From an uncultured Candidatus Poseidoniales archaeon (GTDB taxonomy: Archaea > Thermoplasmatota > Poseidoniia > Poseidoniales > Poseidoniaceae), in the NCBI GenBank assembly GCA_964526385.1, contig CAZGJD010000009.1, positions 8,358-72,357 of the forward strand: DNA of 64,000 bases. The letters run 5' to 3'. Positions 63,067 to 64,000 of the stretch are shown one piece after another (positions within the stretch are counted from its first letter, which is position 1; every line of letters starts with the position of its first letter). A program made the translations under genes and the position numbers. The notes beneath the pieces were generated by a model. That model ran no database searches, was not told where the DNA came from, and saw nothing but the letters and a program-made list of their open reading frames with translations.

Positions 63067-63684
63067 TCAGAGGTATATTTCTTCTAACTCAACTGCTCTA
63101 TTCTTTGAGATCCCAAGTTGCTTGGCGGATGACCTGAGAACACTTCTCTCCATATCAGTAATGATCCCATCCTCATATGCAGCCTCTAGAATTTTTTGAT
63201 ACATTGATTCGTTAATTTCGTCATCCTTTGATATATTTGATTCTAATATTTTAGAAACGATGATTTCAATTGGAACTAACATCCCTAAAATTAGTAATTT
63301 CAATAAAATTAAAATTATTTTGTTATCAATTTCTTTTTCTAAGACGGGTTCAATAGCAAATTCAGAAATTATGAATAATAATCCGGCAACAATAAGAGTA
63401 ATGATAATTGATTTTCTCCTCAACTCAGCACTGGTTAATTTTGACATGGTTGATGAAAGTTCTTCATTTAATTTTACTAATTCTTGATTAGAAGAATTAA
63501 TCTCCTGATTGGCTAGATACAAATTTCGAGATATTTCCTCGATTGCTTCCTCCGCTTGTACTCTTGCCATTTTTTCTCGGTTAAATTTACGATCTAAACG
63601 AACAAATTTATTCTCGAGTTCCTTTTGTGGGTCAGATTCGGATTTCTTAATTTTAGCCTTCTTTGCTAAATCAAAAATATCCAT
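63067..63684 (-). CDS. Membrane protein: N-terminal coiled coil, two TM helices, C-terminal TerB-like segment
   Basis: Coiled coil ARVQAEEAIEEISRNLYLANQEINSSNQELVKLNEEL, helices IIITLIVAGLLFII and LLKLLILGMLVPIEIIV, and C-terminal AAYEDGIITDMERSVLRSSAKQLGIS. Confidence 0.55.
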   Translation of the reverse strand: MDIFDLAKKAKIKKSESDPQKELENKFVRLDRKFNREKMARVQAEEAIEEISRNLYLANQEINSSNQELVKLNEELSSTMSKLTSAELRRKSIIITLIVAGLLFIISEFAIEPVLEKEIDNKIILILLKLLILGMLVPIEIIVSKILESNISKDDEINESMYQKILEAAYEDGIITDMERSVLRSSAKQLGISKNRAVELEEIYL

Positions 63685-63710
63685 GTATACACCTTGTTTC
63701 TAGAAATAGA

Positions 63711-64000
63711 TTAATCTATTCTTTTACAAATAAACATCACAACTTGCTTTTCATCTGTCGAACGGTCTTCCATTTCGATTTCAACTGTCTCATTCCAATG
63801 TTCGAATGTACCTCGCATCAAACCAATCGCTAAATCAGCAAAATGTCGGTGTGAATGATATTCGAAATGTAAGGTTCTGCCATCCTCAGATAGTTCTCCA
63901 ATAAAATCAGGTAGCTCCGCATCGGGATAAAGTTTCAAAACCTCTACATGTACGACATCGTGAATTGATGCTAAAAACTCAAATGAGGTTTTGTGTTCGA
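63711..64000 (-). CDS. H-NOX (heme NO/O2-binding) domain protein, C-terminal part (gene continues past the right edge)
   Basis: The reading frame is open to position 64000. My manual extension reads EHKTSFEFLASIHDVVHVEVLKLYPDAELPDF, followed by LHFEYHSHRHFADLAIGLMRG. This gives the proximal-His context (D-x-V-H) and the Y-x-S-x-R heme-propionate motif of H-NOX domains. Confidence 0.7.
   Translation of the reverse strand, partial: EHKTSFEFLASIHDVVHVEVLKLYPDAELPDFIGELSEDGRTLHFEYHSHRHFADLAIGLMRGTFEHWNETVEIEMEDRSTDEKQVVMFICKRID

Overview
This window reads as an archaeal chromosome segment. It carries aCPSF1/FttA, the RNA polymerase operon rpoH-rpoB-rpoA'-rpoA''-rpl30e, ribosomal protein S3Ae, a Pop5-like RNase P protein, PurP, proteasome beta and an archaeal/eukaryote-type TrpRS. 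Gene content suggests an uncultivated marine Thermoplasmatota/Euryarchaeota genome of the MGII/Poseidoniales type; that placement is inference, not a search result. Coding density is high, many neighbouring genes overlap by 1-4 nt, and SD-like GGAGGTGA motifs precede many start codons. I found one tRNA (Lys-UUU) and no rRNA, CRISPR array, transposase or integrase. All functional calls come from motifs I recognise in the supplied translations, with no database search. Regions most worth follow-up: (1) 14.1-24.7 kb holds four paralogous archaeal coiled-coil modules, one fused to a eukaryote-type Cid1/TUTase-like nucleotidyltransferase and followed by GNAT and Roadblock-like genes. (2) 47.5-53.3 kb is a Rieske/cytochrome b operon whose last gene fuses the cytochrome b C-terminal (subunit IV-like) domain to an HdrD/GlpC-like 2x[4Fe-4S] plus double-CCG module. 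(3) The RNA polymerase subunits are elaborated: RpoH and RpoA'' share an N-terminal module, and RpoA' has a Cys-bracketed insertion at the dock position. (4) Other items are a methyltransferase-BirA fusion, a partial H-NOX gene, SAP-like domains, recurrent zinc-ribbon tails, a bacterial-type PlsC, and GC-rich structured intergenic elements.
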